DNA of 64,000 nucleotides from Lama glama (GCA_028534125.1 CM052816.1:35652001-35716000), one strand, 5' to 3'; positions 14,028 to 27,911 are shown, counted from the first letter of the stretch. Notes: generated from the letters alone by a model not told the origin. Numbers and translations are program-made.

Positions 14028-14400
14028 TCCTTAAGTCACCAGACATTTCAAAAAACCTAACATGAAAGAGAGAGATGAAAACAAACAGAAAAATGAGGCT
14101 AAGAGGAAACAGAGGCAATGCAGATAGCAGAAGAAAACATCAGAAACCTTCAGTACTTACTCCCAGAGATAAGGAAAGCAGGCTGCTCTGAAAGAAAGAA
14201 GAGCACGAGTTTCCAGGTTGAATGGGCCCACCAAATGCCCAGCACCATGCATAAAAATAGATCTACATGAAGGCAGACCATCATGAGATTTTATATTGCC
14301 AAGGATGAAAAGGAAATTCTGAAAGTTACCCAAGAAAGAAGACAGGATTCATGCGACAGATCAGAGATAAGAGTGGCTCCAAATCTCTTAAAAGCAATAT

Positions 14401-14510
14401 TGTCGGTAATCATTTTACAATATATAAGGGTATCAAATCAACATGTTATATACCTTCCTTAAATTTATACAGTGTTATATATCAAGTATTTCTCAATAAA
14501 GCTGAGGTGG
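14401..14510 (+). mobile_element. Short L1MA/MB-like 3' end with TSD
   Basis: ATCATTTTACAATATATA..ATCAAATCA..TCTCAATAAAGCTG, flanked by AGCAATAT at 14393-14400 and 14511-14518. Confidence 0.7.
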
Positions 14511-15741
14511 AGCAATATGTGAAACTAGAAGGTAATAAAGCACTACCTTCAGAACTAAGGAAAGGTGGTTTTCGATCCAGAATTCTACACATTGCCAACT
14601 ATTAATTGTGAAAATAAGATAAAAATTCTTTTAGACATTTAAGGGCTCAAATTTTATCTCCCAGAATCAAAAATAAACAGTAAATAAGGTAGGCCTTGGG
14701 AAAGACAAGAACAGGGGGTCTCTAGGGAGCCAGGACTAATAAGAGTCTCTTTAGGGAACATCCCCCAAGATGCACTGTCTTCAGCTGTTTCTCTTCTTAA
14801 GTCATTCCAGGCAGAACTCAGATATCAGATATCTGCCGGTGAATGTACTTGGTCAGGTATGGGACACATGCCCACTGGCAGCCTGCATAAGGGAGGGAAC
14901 CTTTGACTACAAAAGTCCCCAGGAAAGGAGATGAAGGTGTACAGTCCCTACAGGAAAGGCAAATTGAAGGTTTGCTACCAGAAGGTGGGAATGAATGGAT
15001 GAATGTCAGGCTGGTAAAAACTACTGATGCCCCTGTCTTTGCCTCACTTTAAACTTGCAGTGAAGTAAGCTTCTCTCTCACTCAGTATGCCTCTAGAGGA
15101 GTTAGCTGATTTAGTTTCTTTATCAGATCTCTTCCTTCATTCCTTTCAAAGTAATTACAGGCTGCTTCTTCCCTGTCTCATGACACTGATTATTAGCTAA
15201 AGCTAATTCATCAGCTAGATATAGGTGAAACACCTTTAGCTATCTTTCAGGAAAAGCTTAGTAAATTATTTGTCATTCTCCAGCCCAAGAAATGTTCTCC
15301 CTGTAAGTAAAAGTTTATTAGATACCGTGAGAGGTCTTTGGGTTCAGCCATTTTCTGTCCCAGTTATAATTAGAAAGCTAGACAAATTATATCAACTCCT
15401 AGGGAAAAAAATCCACACACATACTCGTTTTAATAAATCCAATTTACTCTATTTGCTTGGTATTAACCACTGTTAATGCTATGTCCAAATTCCCTTCCTT
15501 CCTTGTTGAAAAGAACTCTATCACTACAGCCAGTACATACAAATGGATAGTTAATTACTCGGCGCACAGGGTTATGTGATTCATCACTGCAGCCTGGAAG
15601 TGAATGTTGCCAATTGTCAGCTTTTTCCAAACTACATAGTGTTATATGGTTTATGTCCCAATCAATGGTGGCAGAGCTCCAGAAAGAAATACTACGTAGA
15701 TGTCAGGGACTCATTAAACTGATCAGTCTGTAGTCCTTCGT

Positions 15742-16210
15742 CAGTGATTTCCAATCCTGGTTGTGTATCAAAATCATTTGGTGACATTAAAAAAAAAAAA
15801 AAGAAAGAAAGAAAGAAAAGGAGAAGGGAAAGATACAGCCTCCTGGTATCCACCCCCAAAGCCATAGAATCAGAACGTTCTTGGTTGGGTCAGGGACAAA
15901 TTCAGGATCTTTCAGGGCCTGAGGTTTATACAATTTGGAATTTCTCTTTAAGAAAAGGAACAGAAAACAACTTGCTTTAACAGATTTTACAAAAATAGAT
16001 TACCATGTGAATACATTTCCAGGACCCAGGCCTTTGTAAAGGTCCATGTAAATGATAGACCCTGAAGCTTAACTTCCATTAGCTTCCAGGTAACACTTGT
16101 GGGCTAAGCCCTGGGAATCAACGTGTGTTTGCACGTCTGTGTCTGTGTCTGTGTCTGTTGCACACGTGAGCATGTGCACCTGCATGCATGGTTCAAGCTC
16201 CCAGGTGGGA
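15742..16210. mobile_element. MER5A-like hAT element interrupted by a MER53-like element (~15891-16095)
   Basis: CAGTGATTTCCAATCCTGG..GAATCAGAA..AAGCTCCCAGGTG surrounds GGGCCTGAGGTTTATACAATTTGG..CTTTAAGAAAAG..CCCTGAAGCTTAACTTCCATTAGCTTC. Confidence 0.65.
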
Positions 16211-17199
16211 AGACCCAGGACTGGGACTCTCCCTTCTCCCTCAAAAACAAAAAGAATAGAGAAAGTTTAGTGTTCTCTGCATTTTATTCTAGTTCTGCAC
16301 TCAACTTGAAAATCTCAAATTGAAATACTTTGAATTTTGTATTTTTACTCATTTTGCCCTTCTATGGCCAAAAAATGCCCATAAACAAGAATTATTACCA
16401 GGATCTAAACTAGTTCACATGCCGGACAACAGTCCCTGAGTTACAGCTGTTCTGGTTACAGTCAAGGAGGAATAACTGAGCTCAACTTTCTGGGTTTAGT
16501 TTTAGTTTGCAAATAGCTTTTTGCTCTTTTCACATGATTTCACATGATTTTAGATATTGAATTTTGGCACCAGTAAGTGTGTGTGTTTGCCTTCAGGAGC
16601 ACTGGGTTGGAGAGAAATGGCACTGTAGGAAATGTCAAGTTCTTCGCTTCACTCTGGTAGAATTAAGTGATCTGTCCAGTAGTCCCTTTTTAAAAACTGG
16701 TTTTTAATCATTTGTCAATGTACAACATGCATAGTGTTGAACATTTTTTAAATGGATAAACATCTAAGGAAAAAGGTACATTACCTATAATCTCCCCAAA
16801 GATCCCTACAGTCATCGCAATGATTGAAATACTGTAGCGACTCAATCAATATTTTTAGAGTAAAAGGATACTATGAACTCTAGAGAATACAAAACAGGCA
16901 CCTTTCTGAGTTTTTTCCCTAAGCACTTGTAACTGTGTTACCTAAGATGCACGTATTTAAATGAACATATGTTGAGGACTAACAAGTAAAGGGCCTATGC
17001 TGGACAATTTTGATAAAATGAAAAAGGTGGGCTTTGCTCTTCTCAGTGGAGTTTATAACCAGTAAAAGAAACCAGTCAATCCCTACCAGGACAAGGACAC
17101 CTACATACACGAGGATGCCAAAAGCAGCCATATGAAGTCCCACGTAGGAAATTTCTTTCAACTCTTAAGTGCCAAAAAGAGATTTTTTTTTCTCTTCAC

Positions 17200-17972
17200 C
17201 TTCTTGACTCTTTCCTTTACTCCATATGCAGTCCATCAGCCAGTACTGTTGGTCCTTGTCTTTACAATCTATTCAGAATTCAGCTCCTTCTCTCCATCCC
17301 TATTACGTAACCTTGGGCCCAGCCACTGTCACTGCTTGTCTGGATAGTTGCAGTGGCCTTCTCATTGGTGTCCCTGCTTCTGTTCTCTCCTCTGTACAGT
17401 CTGTTCTCAATCCAGAAGCTGGAGAAGTCCTTTGGAAATTTAAGTTAGCTCATATCACCCTTCTGCTCCAAATTCTCCAGTGTATTCCTGTTTCGTTTAG
17501 AGTGGCAGCCAATGTCGTTACATTGACCTGGAGATGATTTTGTCCACCCCCTTTCCATTAATTCCCTGATCTCAAATCTGCTACTTGGCCTCTTGCTCCT
17601 TTGCTCATTCTAGAACAAGCCAGCAGCCTTCCCACCTCATGGCCTTGGCACTAGGTTTGCTCTGCACAGAATGCTTTTCTCCTAGATATCCGCATGGCTC
17701 TTTCCTCCGCCCCTTTCGATCTTTGTTCAAATGTCACTTTTTCTGTGAGGCCTTCCCTGTCCACCTTAATTAAAATTGTAGTCCTTCTAACCCTGGTCCC
17801 CGCTTTATTTTTCTTCAAAGCATTACCACCCAAAATAGTATATATTCTAACTATTTATTTGTATTCATAATACAAGCTCCACAAGGGCAGGGATTTGATG
17901 TCTATCCACTGCTCTGGAAACATTCCCTGGTGCAGAGTAGGTACTCAGTCAGTATTTGTTGAAAGAAAGAAA
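17200..17972 (+). mobile_element. L2a LINE 3' portion
   Basis: Pyrimidine-rich L2 motifs ending GTAGGTACTCAGTCAGTATTTGTTGAAAGAAAGAA. Confidence 0.8.
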
Positions 17973-19489
17973 GGTCGGATATTCACTCTGCTGACATCCA
18001 CACACGTTCTTCTCTCTTCTTTTGTTTCCCTTCCCTTCAATATTATGATACTTGTACAATGTTTACTGAGCAGTTCGACAACACATGTGTTGTCACCAAC
18101 TTTGGAATTCCTTAAGTGACAGTTGCTGAAATTGCATCCTCCTCTGCACACTGGGGCAGAGGGATGTCGCTATCTGATGCCTGCTTGAAACTGTTGCTGT
18201 TTCCTCACAGTGGTCTGGAAAATTCAGTTCAGAAAGGTGGCCAAGACAGCTAGATGCAGAGACACTAATGTACTTTTCCATATCTACGAATGAACATATT
18301 TAGGCCCAGAATTCACTTCTCATAAAGTGAGGAAATCTAATATAATGTTAGGATTTTGAAAAGGATGCATAATTCTTTGATAAGTACTGTATGCATTTAT
18401 GCAGGCTGGATGAAAAAGAATCATTGAACCACTTACTTTAGGTTCTCGGCTAATGTTAGAGTGGTAAGGCTTTTTTTCTTCCTCATCTTTAATTCTTAAA
18501 TTTAATAAGGAGATTGTCAGGGGGCCCGACCATTCCACTCAAAGGGTTGGTAACCACCAAACACAGCACCTCTGGAAATCAGAGCAGTGGATCAGATTCC
18601 TGTTGGGTGAGGGTTAGTTCTAAGTGCACCCCTTGTTCATTATACTTTTGGAAGTCACATATTCAGAAATGGATTCTACCTACCCAATCATAATTATGTC
18701 TTTCTGCTATTAAAATAAATATAATTAAGAATGGATAAAGTTGGGGGGGATACTTATCCTTGCTCCTGATGCATTCAAAGACATTTATATAAAAAAATTC
18801 CTTCACTTGAACTCTTACTGTTCCAACAACTTGTTTATCTTGTAGGAAGGAGAGCAGACACAGCCTATAAATAATGCTTGCATTTCCATTTCAGGATGTA
18901 TAGGGCAGGAGAGCCTCTTCCCTGAAAGGTCAGGGGCCACAGCCAGCTTGCTCCCTTTGTGAGTCAGACAACACTCATGTGCTGCTTTTCTGAACCTGGT
19001 GAGCTGAGTTGTGGAAAATGAATGCCCTGTGTGCTGCATCTTGAAAATTCTAGCACAATTAAAGTTTCCACTCTAATATTATCCACCATTGTTGGACAAT
19101 TTGTGTATTAGATTTATTTTTCACTTGATTTTCAGAGATTCAGAGTTCCTAAATAAAGCGTACTCCACAGTCTTTGAAATTTCCACAAGTAAATGAGCAC
19201 TTGGAAAGTTCTCTGTAATGTTATTTTTCCCCTGAATTTACTTTCTTATTTTAAGAAACTCTAAGACTTTTCTGTCTCCAGAGGATAGACTAAGTTTATT
19301 TTACTGGTGCTTTTCTTCAAATTACATGGAAAGTTATCTCTTGTCTAGAATGCTATTCTCTGCTATAGTCTAATAATAGAAAAATTATCTGTGTGCTTTT
19401 CCTCTTCATCAATTTAACTTAATAGATACTTACTGCATACTTGCAAGGATCGAGGCCCTAAGCTAGGATTTTTAAAAAGTGTATGACAC

Positions 19490-20245
19490 CATGAAAAGAC
19501 ATACAACATCATTAGTCCTTAGGGAAATGAAAATTAAAAGCCAAGATGAGGTACCACTTCACACCCACTAGAATGGCTATAATCAAAGAGGCAGACATTA
19601 CCAAGTATTGGCAAGGATGTGGAGACATTGGAACTTTCATATATTTCTACTGGGAATGTAAAATGGCATAGCCACTTTTGAAAACATTTTGGCAGTTTCT
19701 TGGGAAGTTAAGTGTGTACCTAACCATATGACCCAGAAATCCCACTCTTAGGTGTTTACCCAAATGAAGTGAGAACATGTATTCACACAGAGATGTGCAT
19801 GCTAATATTCATAGCAGCATTGTACCTAATAGCCAAAAAGTGGAGAGAGCCCCAATGTCTGTCCATAATAGAATGGAATACTTTTCATCATTGAGAATGA
19901 ACGAGCTACCAGTACACACAGCGATGTAGATGAATCCCGTGAATATAATGGACAGTTGGAAAACCAGAAACAAGTGTGCCGGGTGTTTGACTCTGTATGA
20001 AGTTCAAAAACAAGAAGACTGTGTGGTTGGAAGTCAGGATAGTAGTTATCCTTTTGGGGAAGTGTAGTGACTGGATTAGGGGACGAGGGTGCTTTAGGGG
20101 TTGGTCGTGCTGTTTCTCAGTCTGGCTGCTGTTACACAGCTGTGTTAACTTTGTCAATTCATCAAGTTGTGCCCTGAGGATTTGTGCAATTTTCTGCATA
20201 TATGTTATACTTCCAAAAAATATATTAAAACTGTAAAAACAAAAA
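19490..20245 (+). mobile_element. L1MB/MC-like ORF2 end and 3'UTR, inserted in an antisense L2 fragment
   Basis: ATGAAAAGA..CATCATTAGTC..TACCACTTCACACCCACTAGAATGGCTA..TGGCAAGGATGTGGAG..GGGAATGTAAAATGG. Confidence 0.85.
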
Positions 20246-20705
20246 AATGAATTGATTTTCAGAGAGTCAGGGACCCTAGAAAAGCAGTCTCTACATTCAG
20301 GGCTTCAAAGACTTTACAATCTAGTGGAAAGAGAGGCATGTTGATAAATAATTCTAATATGAAACAAACTCTGATAAGTGCTGCATTAGAAATAGAAGTA
20401 AGTGCAATGAAGTAAAGGAAAATATTTACAAAAAAGGACAACTTGGAAAAATATTATAAAGTGTAATCACCGCTGGGTTTACTGCATAATAAAGGGAGGA
20501 ACATAATAATGTATAAACATGGAAGGAAGGCTATAAATTAGAAATAAAGGGACTAAAAGTATTGGATCATGTACAAGAAGTCACACCTGTTTGAGAGGCA
20601 AAGTTGTTTTAAAATATTAGAATACGTAAGCTATTTATATCCTTAAAAATGAGTTCTTTTGTTTTTACTTGACTGACTTTGCCCAAGTTGTAAGTCGTTC
20701 TGTTC

Positions 20706-20853
20706 CAGTGGTTCTCGGCCCTGACTGCACATTGGGATCACAGGAGCTTTTGTGGCTTCTCCTGAATCAGAATCTCCAGGGATGGGACTCGGGCATCAGT
20801 ACTTTCTCTAGGCACCTGTGATTCTCCTGAACGGCCAGGGCTGGGAAGCACTG
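20706..20853. mobile_element. MER5A hAT-Charlie element
   Basis: CAGTGGTTCTC..CTGCACATTGG..TGAATCAGAATCTCCAGGG..GGAAGCACTG termini. Confidence 0.75.
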
Positions 20854-21359
20854 CTGCAGTCCCTGCGGGGTTGGGGGAGCCTTCGCAGGGACCATCTCAA
20901 ACAACAGATGTCTCTGAAGGTGTCGCTGCTTTGTTTTTTGAGTTTCTGTGCCTTCCACAAAGAAGAACGTTTTTCATATGTAGCTCTTTGTATCCGTGCC
21001 AAGAAGTTTCTTTGCAAGTGACTTTTATCCAAGTATTACATGAAAGATGTTAATCCTACTGTTAAATTGTAAGCCTAATTCTTTCAAGCACCAGGGCATT
21101 TCTTCTGATTTTATTACAGGTACATAGATCCGTAGCAGACGACAGAACTGGAAAGGACAAAATGGCACATGCAGGTCACTTGTTAATGCACTCATGTGAC
21201 TAATCTTTCTCCTAGGAGGAAAAAAATGTATTTTTAGTCCTAACATTTATATATCAGATCTTAGTGTGAAAATAATACCTGCTTTCACTTGGAAAATTTT
21301 AGTCCTCTACTTAGTTCATTCACTTGTTATCTATTGTTAGCTTGTTCATGCTTTTCCTC

Positions 21360-23460
21360 TTGTTTTCTAACAATTTTAGAATTACAGAAAAGTTGCAAAA
21401 ATAGTAGAGCATTTCTGTATACTCTCCACCCAGCTACCTCTAATGCTGGCAACTTATATTTACGGTAGTAAGCTAGTACAATTATCAAACTAGGAAATTA
21501 ATATTGAAACAGTAAGATTAAGCTACAAATCTTATTTGAATTTCACCAGTGTTTCTCCCTAATTTCCTTGCCTATTCCAGGATCCAGTCCAGGATCCCAC
21601 GTTGTATTTTGCTGTGATGTCTCCTTAGGCTCCTCCAGTCTGTGGCAGTGCCTCATTCTTTTCTTACATTCCATTACCTTGACCCTTTTGGTGAGAACCG
21701 GTGAATTCGTTTATAGAATGTTTCTCTCTTTGGGTCTGTGTGATGTTTTCTTGTGAGTAGATTGAGATTATTCATTTTGGCAAGAATACTGCCAAAGTGA
21801 TCAGGTGTTATATTATGTCCATGTATGTTATTACTGGTAATGTTAACCTGGGTCATTTGGGTAAGGTGGTGTCTGCTGGGTCTCTTCATTGTAAACTTAC
21901 AGTTTTTGATAGTTGATAGGTATCATTGGTGGATCTTGCCTGCAACAGTTATTACTGTGGTCTTCACCTGATGATGTTTTTTGTATTTCCCTCATTTCTT
22001 ATACATTTTCTTAATTGGAATTATTCTGTAAGGAAGAGCTGCCCTTCTTTGGTCATTTATTTATATCAATATAAATGTGTGGCTGCCTATTCAACTTTCT
22101 GAATTATGATCCAATACTATCATTGTTTATTTTGCTGCTCACATTGTTCCACCTGTGGCGTGGGCAGCTCCTTCTAATCAGATCCTCTGTCCTTCTGACC
22201 TGCCCTCACTCTTCTTTAAGCACTTCTTTTTTCTAAGATCACAAAATATCCCACTCATCTTCTATTTTCCCTGCCTCAGTTCTAGAACCAACTGTTTTTA
22301 TAAGAAGCCCTGATTCCTTTTATTTATTTTATGGGAGGATGATATTTAGAAACCAAGATCTGGGTGCTAGTAGGTCATTGCTACTGGGATCTCAGTGCTC
22401 CTAGTCCCTCAGCAGAAAAAGCTAGGAAATGTATGTCTGTATACTCAGCCACCCACGCATGTGCATACATCATATTCATTAGTTGTTTCTATATGTATTT
22501 ATCTGTATGTATATCTGTGTGTGAAAAACCATCAGTTCATTCTAATGTCTTTGGTTCCAATTCAGTACCACAAGGTTCATTATAAGCTGCTGCCCTTTGC
22601 TTATCTGTAACTTCTTTCTCTAACAGTGTAAAGACTGTCTCTCATTATTTATCATCCTAGATTACACATAAGGGGTGTACTCACTCATACCCCTGAGAAA
22701 TAGATTTACTAACTAGAGTGCAGTATTTGCTGATGGTTCTTTTTTTGGTTTTCACTTTACAATATCTGGTCAAAATACTGTTTTCTGAAGTGACACTACT
22801 TAATTCTCATCCCCTTGAGTGTGACTATATTATTTGTCAGGGTCCTGCAGTTCACGTGTAACACAGATAGGTCCATTTGTTACTATTTATATCCACTTGG
22901 GTTTCCCCATCCTGGTTGATTTTAACTTTTAATTTGAGGTTTACTATGATTCAGAGAGTCAAAGCTATATCCAAGGAGGTAGTCCAAGAAGTGTCTGTAG
23001 CTCCTCACACCCCCAGCCTCACATCACGTCCCCCCATCTCTCCTCCCCTTTCCCACCAACCACCTATGGGGAAACAGTCTCTGTAGTTTCTGGTTTATCT
23101 TCCCCCCATATTCCTTTGTCACAGATGAGCAGATTCATATGTTTTTTTAAATTGTTTATCTTTTGTAGGGTGGTAGCACGCCATATAAATTCTTTTATAC
23201 CTTGTTTTTTTTACTGAATGACTTGGAAGTTCCTCGTAATCTTTCCCCATTCATGTTTTATAGCTGCATAGTATTCAGGTGTGAGGACTAGCATAGTTTA
23301 TTTAACCACTGTCCTCTGTATGGACACTAGGCTATATCCATCATTTTGCAATGCTTTAGTGAATAAACTTGCATATGTGTAATTTTGTATAATCAGAAGT
23401 ATATTTTCAGGAGAGATTTCTAGAAATGGAATTTCTTAGTCAAAATTAAGTACATATTTG
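21360..23460 (-). mobile_element. L1MC4/L1MC5-like 3' region
   Basis: ATTTTAGAATTACAGAAAAGTTGCAAAAATAGTA..CCAGGATCCAGTCCAGGATCCCACGTTG..TTAGAAACCAAGATCTGGGTGCTAG. Confidence 0.8.
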
Positions 23461-23829
23461 CTCATGTCTGTACGTCACTCTACATGCCAACGGAAGTGCC
23501 CATTATGAGTGAATGTGTATCCTCGATCATCATATAAGTTGCTGAATTACAGCTTTGAACTAGTGTAACTTTCAAAAATTTAACTGTGTTAGTTACTCAC
23601 ATTAAAAAGTGTACTAAAATTGCATCGGGATTAGGAATTTGTCTTGCATAATTTATCCTTTTTCAGGGCTCAATAAACACCATTGTAATGTGTCAACAGC
23701 CCCTCATGAAGGTACTAAAATCATGCATTCGCCTTACAGCCTGATCATCCCGGGTGCAGTCTACAAGTTCATGATCCACAATGGACAGTAGACAGTTCAA
23801 GAACTCTGGCAGTGACATCATGACCAAGT

Positions 23830-25790
23830 ACTTATGTAATACTCTTATTTGCCCAGAGCTTTTTATTTTTCAAAACTCTTTCAAGTCTTTTCATTTTATA
23901 TCAACTGCACCACTGTAGAATGGTTTGGGAAAGTGTCAAATGAATCATTACATTTATGTAGTGCAAACTCCCTAACATGTATTGTCTCGTGTGAACCTCA
24001 GATCAACCCTGCTGAAGTAGGCAGAACATGTCGTCGGCCTCCCCATTGGGCTGGCCACGAAGCCGAGACTCAGGAGAGTTAAATGTCATCCTGAGGTCAG
24101 ACAACTGCTAAGTAATGAGGCTGGAGATGAATCTGAGACTATCCCACAGTACTGGTTTCACAGCTAGCTCCTGAAAAATAATGAAAAAAAAATACCCAAA
24201 GGTAGGACGTAGTCACAGAGAGGTAAATTACTCAGTATATATTTTGGAATTTAAAGATTCTGTTGGTCCCTGTTTTATGGTCACAGGGTAAATACTTGGC
24301 TGCCTGTAAGCTGTGAAGTTTAAGTTCTAAATGGTGGTGAAGGGAAATACATTCTGACACACACAGGCTCCTCTGCCTCCCGAGGTGCTGCTGCTGTGGT
24401 AGAGTGAGCCCTGGCCTTGGAGCCAAACTATTTCAGTTTGTGCCCTAGTTCTACCACTTACTAGGGATGGGGGCTTGGTGAGGTACCTAACCTCAGTTTT
24501 CTTACCTCTATAATGGGTATTGTTTTTGCAGGGCTATTAGAGGGATGAAAAGTAACTTCACCAAAAGACTCTCCCTGGTGCCATCTGAATGTCATTCTTA
24601 CAGTGATCATTCCATTTCCTTCAGAGCACTTGTTACAAGATAGAATTATATGTACCTTTGTGTTTGTTTCACATCTGTCTCTCCATCTAGAATATAAGCT
24701 TCATGTCTTTGTGTCTCTTATACCTACCAGTGCTACTAGTCATTGGATAAATATTTCTGGACTAAATCTACCTCTTCCTTGTACTTGCTTTTATTTCAGC
24801 AACATTCAACCACACAGAATGACCTGCAGTTCCCCTGTCCCTTCACATCTCTTTACCTTGACACCTGCTACATCCTTAGCCTGACATTCCTTGTTGTCCC
24901 GGCTTTGTTTTTCTGTAGAATCCTTACTCATCCTTCAAGACCTAGCTCAACTGTTCCATGAGGGCTCCCATGATCTCTCTCCTCCCCTGAAGAGTGAGAG
25001 ACTCCCATGCACCTTGGCATGCCTCTAATAACAGACCTAATCACATTATCATCATTGGTGTGTTCAACTAATATTTGTAAGAACTGACTCTGTACCAGGT
25101 ACATGCTGGATGTGGGGGTTGCAGCAGTGAATAGGAGGCATCATTCTAATGGGAAAAGCGAGCCACAGAAATGTATATAAAGAAATAAATAATACCATTT
25201 CCAATGGCAGTCAATGACAGGGTGATCGGTTTTGAGAAGCCGACTTTGCCTTGATATCTGAAAAGTGAGAAGGACTTAGGAATGGGGAGAGATGGAGGAT
25301 GACTCCATTGTGTTGTAACTGTTGACTTGGTCGGTCTTCATTTCCACCCAACCCTCCCTTCCCCTACCCTGCAGCCCCACTGAACTGTCCTCCCTGTGAA
25401 TCTTTCTATCCCCGGGACCCAGCACAGGCTCGGCGTGTCACACCACAGTTCCATATGCTGGTGGTGCAGTGTACTAGAATTGCCAGGTGCCTGGCCCTGT
25501 GATTCCAGTTTCATAGATCTGATGTACAGCTAGGGCTGAGAGCCGGCGCTCAGCTTAACTATCCACTTATTGTCTTGTGATTTGGGGACAACTATTCTTT
25601 CCCAGAATTCTGAAACTCAGTTTCCTGATCTTTAAAATGAAACTAACAGTAAGACTTCCTAAGGTTGCTGTGAGCATTAAATGAGATAATGCACCTAAAA
25701 TTCTTAGCCCAGAGCCTAGCACATGGATAGTCAAAAAGTATTGGAGAAAATGTTCTAGAATGAGTGCTCTTTTGAATAAATGAATGAGTT
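23830..25790. mobile_element. Cluster of MIR and L2 fragments, both strands
   Basis: MIR(-) ~23950-24160, MIR(+) ~24400-24555 and ~25550-25745, L2 pieces ~24590-25280. Confidence 0.65.
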
Positions 25791-27768
25791 AAGGGAAAAT
25801 AAAATGTATTTCTTACTTCAGTAAATAGAATTACGGCAAAACAAAAACTGAATACCTTAATTTATCTTTGGTTATATTATTTACCATTTAATTTGGACAA
25901 GAAAGAAAGAAGAAAAGGACAATATCAAACACTAGTGATTTTAGCACCTGGAATCAATAGTTGTTACCTCTTCATTTGCTTATAAAACAGCCTCTGAAAA
26001 TCCCTCCGGTCATTTGGTTTACCCTTCTCTGGCTAGCGTAGGACTGTCACGTTCTAGCCTCAAACCTCAAGAAAAGTATATAATCTACTGACCTGAGGCC
26101 ATCTTGCATCTTGTGCCCCATCTTTTGATATCACAGTTTGAACACTTTGTTTTGAAAGGAATTTCTCTGATGTGCCTTCTATTTCTTGTATCATAAGAGA
26201 TCCTCAGGATATCATAACCAACGAAATGTGTGACAATACCAGAGATAACAACAATTTTCTTAGGTCAGGAACACCAGTGAGATTAACCTGGAATATTGCT
26301 TCTACTACACGAAAATATCACACTCAGACCACTCAGCAAAACTCTGGCAGATCTCCCCTGCCCTGCCCTGCCTCCTGGGAAAACTGAACACCAAAATAGC
26401 ATGCACAAGGATGACAGCGTCAACAAATTGGTAGCATGAGGAACTTACACGATTTTTTTTCCCTTCCTTTATGAAAGCATTTTTAGTGGGAAAGAAACAT
26501 TGGGATTTTTGTTTTTATGAACTTTAAATATCTGGCTACTTAGGAGTGTTTTGATCTTTGAATGCATGGGCATGAGTTTTAACAGTTTAAAACAATTGAG
26601 GTAATTAGGAAGAGTATTTTTCTTCTAAGAGCTGTAAGAGGCAACATTTATTGCATAAGTTAAGTAATTCATTCTGCTCTTCTCAATCTAGTCAATTGGA
26701 AAATATCATCCACCTTGAACGTCATAGAAATCAACTCATCCTATCTTAGAATGAGGAAATAATTAGCAAACAATTATTTATTCTTTTTAATATTTGTGGC
26801 ATTGCTTTCAGGGTTTTCATTTACAAACCAATGCACCATAAACTTTTTCTGGCTATTGAAATCTGTTTTTCTGCTCCACTTATGGAGATATATGCACGTC
26901 TATTAAATCAGAAGTTTGTAGCAAAGCGCCACATTCACCGACGAGTCGCTCTGACAGGGTGATGGGTCATGGAGCTTTGCAGTGATAGGCAGTGCACGTC
27001 GTAGATTCTGGGATAAGCCTCTGCACTTCAGTAGTGGTACAGCGCTCAACAGTCAAGGCTAGAGATACTGTCGTCCTCTTCACATGACAGGCTTCATTTC
27101 ATATGTTAATAGTAGGACGGCTTCTGGTACGGTGAGGAAATTCACTGTAACAAGTGCATTCCCTTTACTGCGCTCTCACAGAGCACCAATTAAATTCAGC
27201 TGAATGTATAATGTACTCTTAATTCCTAGCAGTCCCAAGAAGGGCTCACGTGAAAAATATTATATACTCTTACATTTTACAGAGCATGAACAGATGGAAA
27301 GAAAATACGCCAATTGGTAAAGAAATTCACATGCAGTAGAACACACCTCGAAATGGTGTTTACATGGGTTTTTCCTTTTAAAAACTATTAAAGTTATCTT
27401 GAGTAAAATGTAATTACTACTTGGAGTTTTCTCTAACGTTGTATGTGTAATTCATTTTAATTTATTCCTCCTGCAGATATGAATGGTTGGAAGAACAGGT
27501 AACCTTGTAATGAGTAAAACTGATAAAAGATTGTGTGCCAATGAAAGGGAATTATGGAGTGATTATTCACTTTGTGAAAGGGTTTGTCATAGGGCAGTCT
27601 CTCCTGAAGCGTTTTAAATTGAATTTAGTTTACAAAACATTCATTTACACACAACATTGCAGGAAGAAATTCAGTGAGGAAATGAGAGAAGTAGCCATGA
27701 TAAGATAGAGATCCCTTGCGCTGCTAACATTCATGCTTGCTCTCCTTCCCCTCTGCCCCGCCTTGCAG

Positions 27769-27911
27769 CGCTGATAGCCATCGGGCGGTACAGCCTGACA
27801 ATAGAGACTGTGGACGTTGGATGGTGTAAAGAAATTACAGACCAAGGAGCCACCCTGATTGCGCAGAGCAGCAAGTCTCTAAGATATTTGGGGCTCATGA
27901 GATGCGATAAA
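27769..27911 (+). CDS. FBXL17: FBXL17 penultimate coding exon (143 nt; LRR region)
   Basis: Branch point TGCTAAC (27722-27728), pyrimidine tract and TTGCAG acceptor; AAA|GTAAGT donor at 27912. With a phase-1 start it translates to (A)LIAIGRYSLTIETVDVGWCKEITDQGATLIAQSSKSLRYLGLMRCDK, which I recognise as the C-terminal LRRs of FBXL17. It splices in frame to the exon at 45836. Confidence 0.96.

Larger units (their letters stand above)
13525..14665 (+). mobile_element. HAL1/old L1 5'-ORF1 remnant hosting two younger L1 3' ends
   Basis: ORF1-like decayed motifs (GGGCCCACCAAATGCCCAGCAC; CCAGAATTCTACACATTGCCAACTAT). Confidence 0.6.

Noticed and set aside
14690..15030. Possible MLT1-type LTR fragment
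   Set aside because: Resemblance too weak to name or bound by eye.
1..27430. Further upstream FBXL17 coding exons
   Set aside because: I found no LRR-like reading frame with splice sites; the preceding exon probably lies outside the window, although a small exon could be missed by eye.
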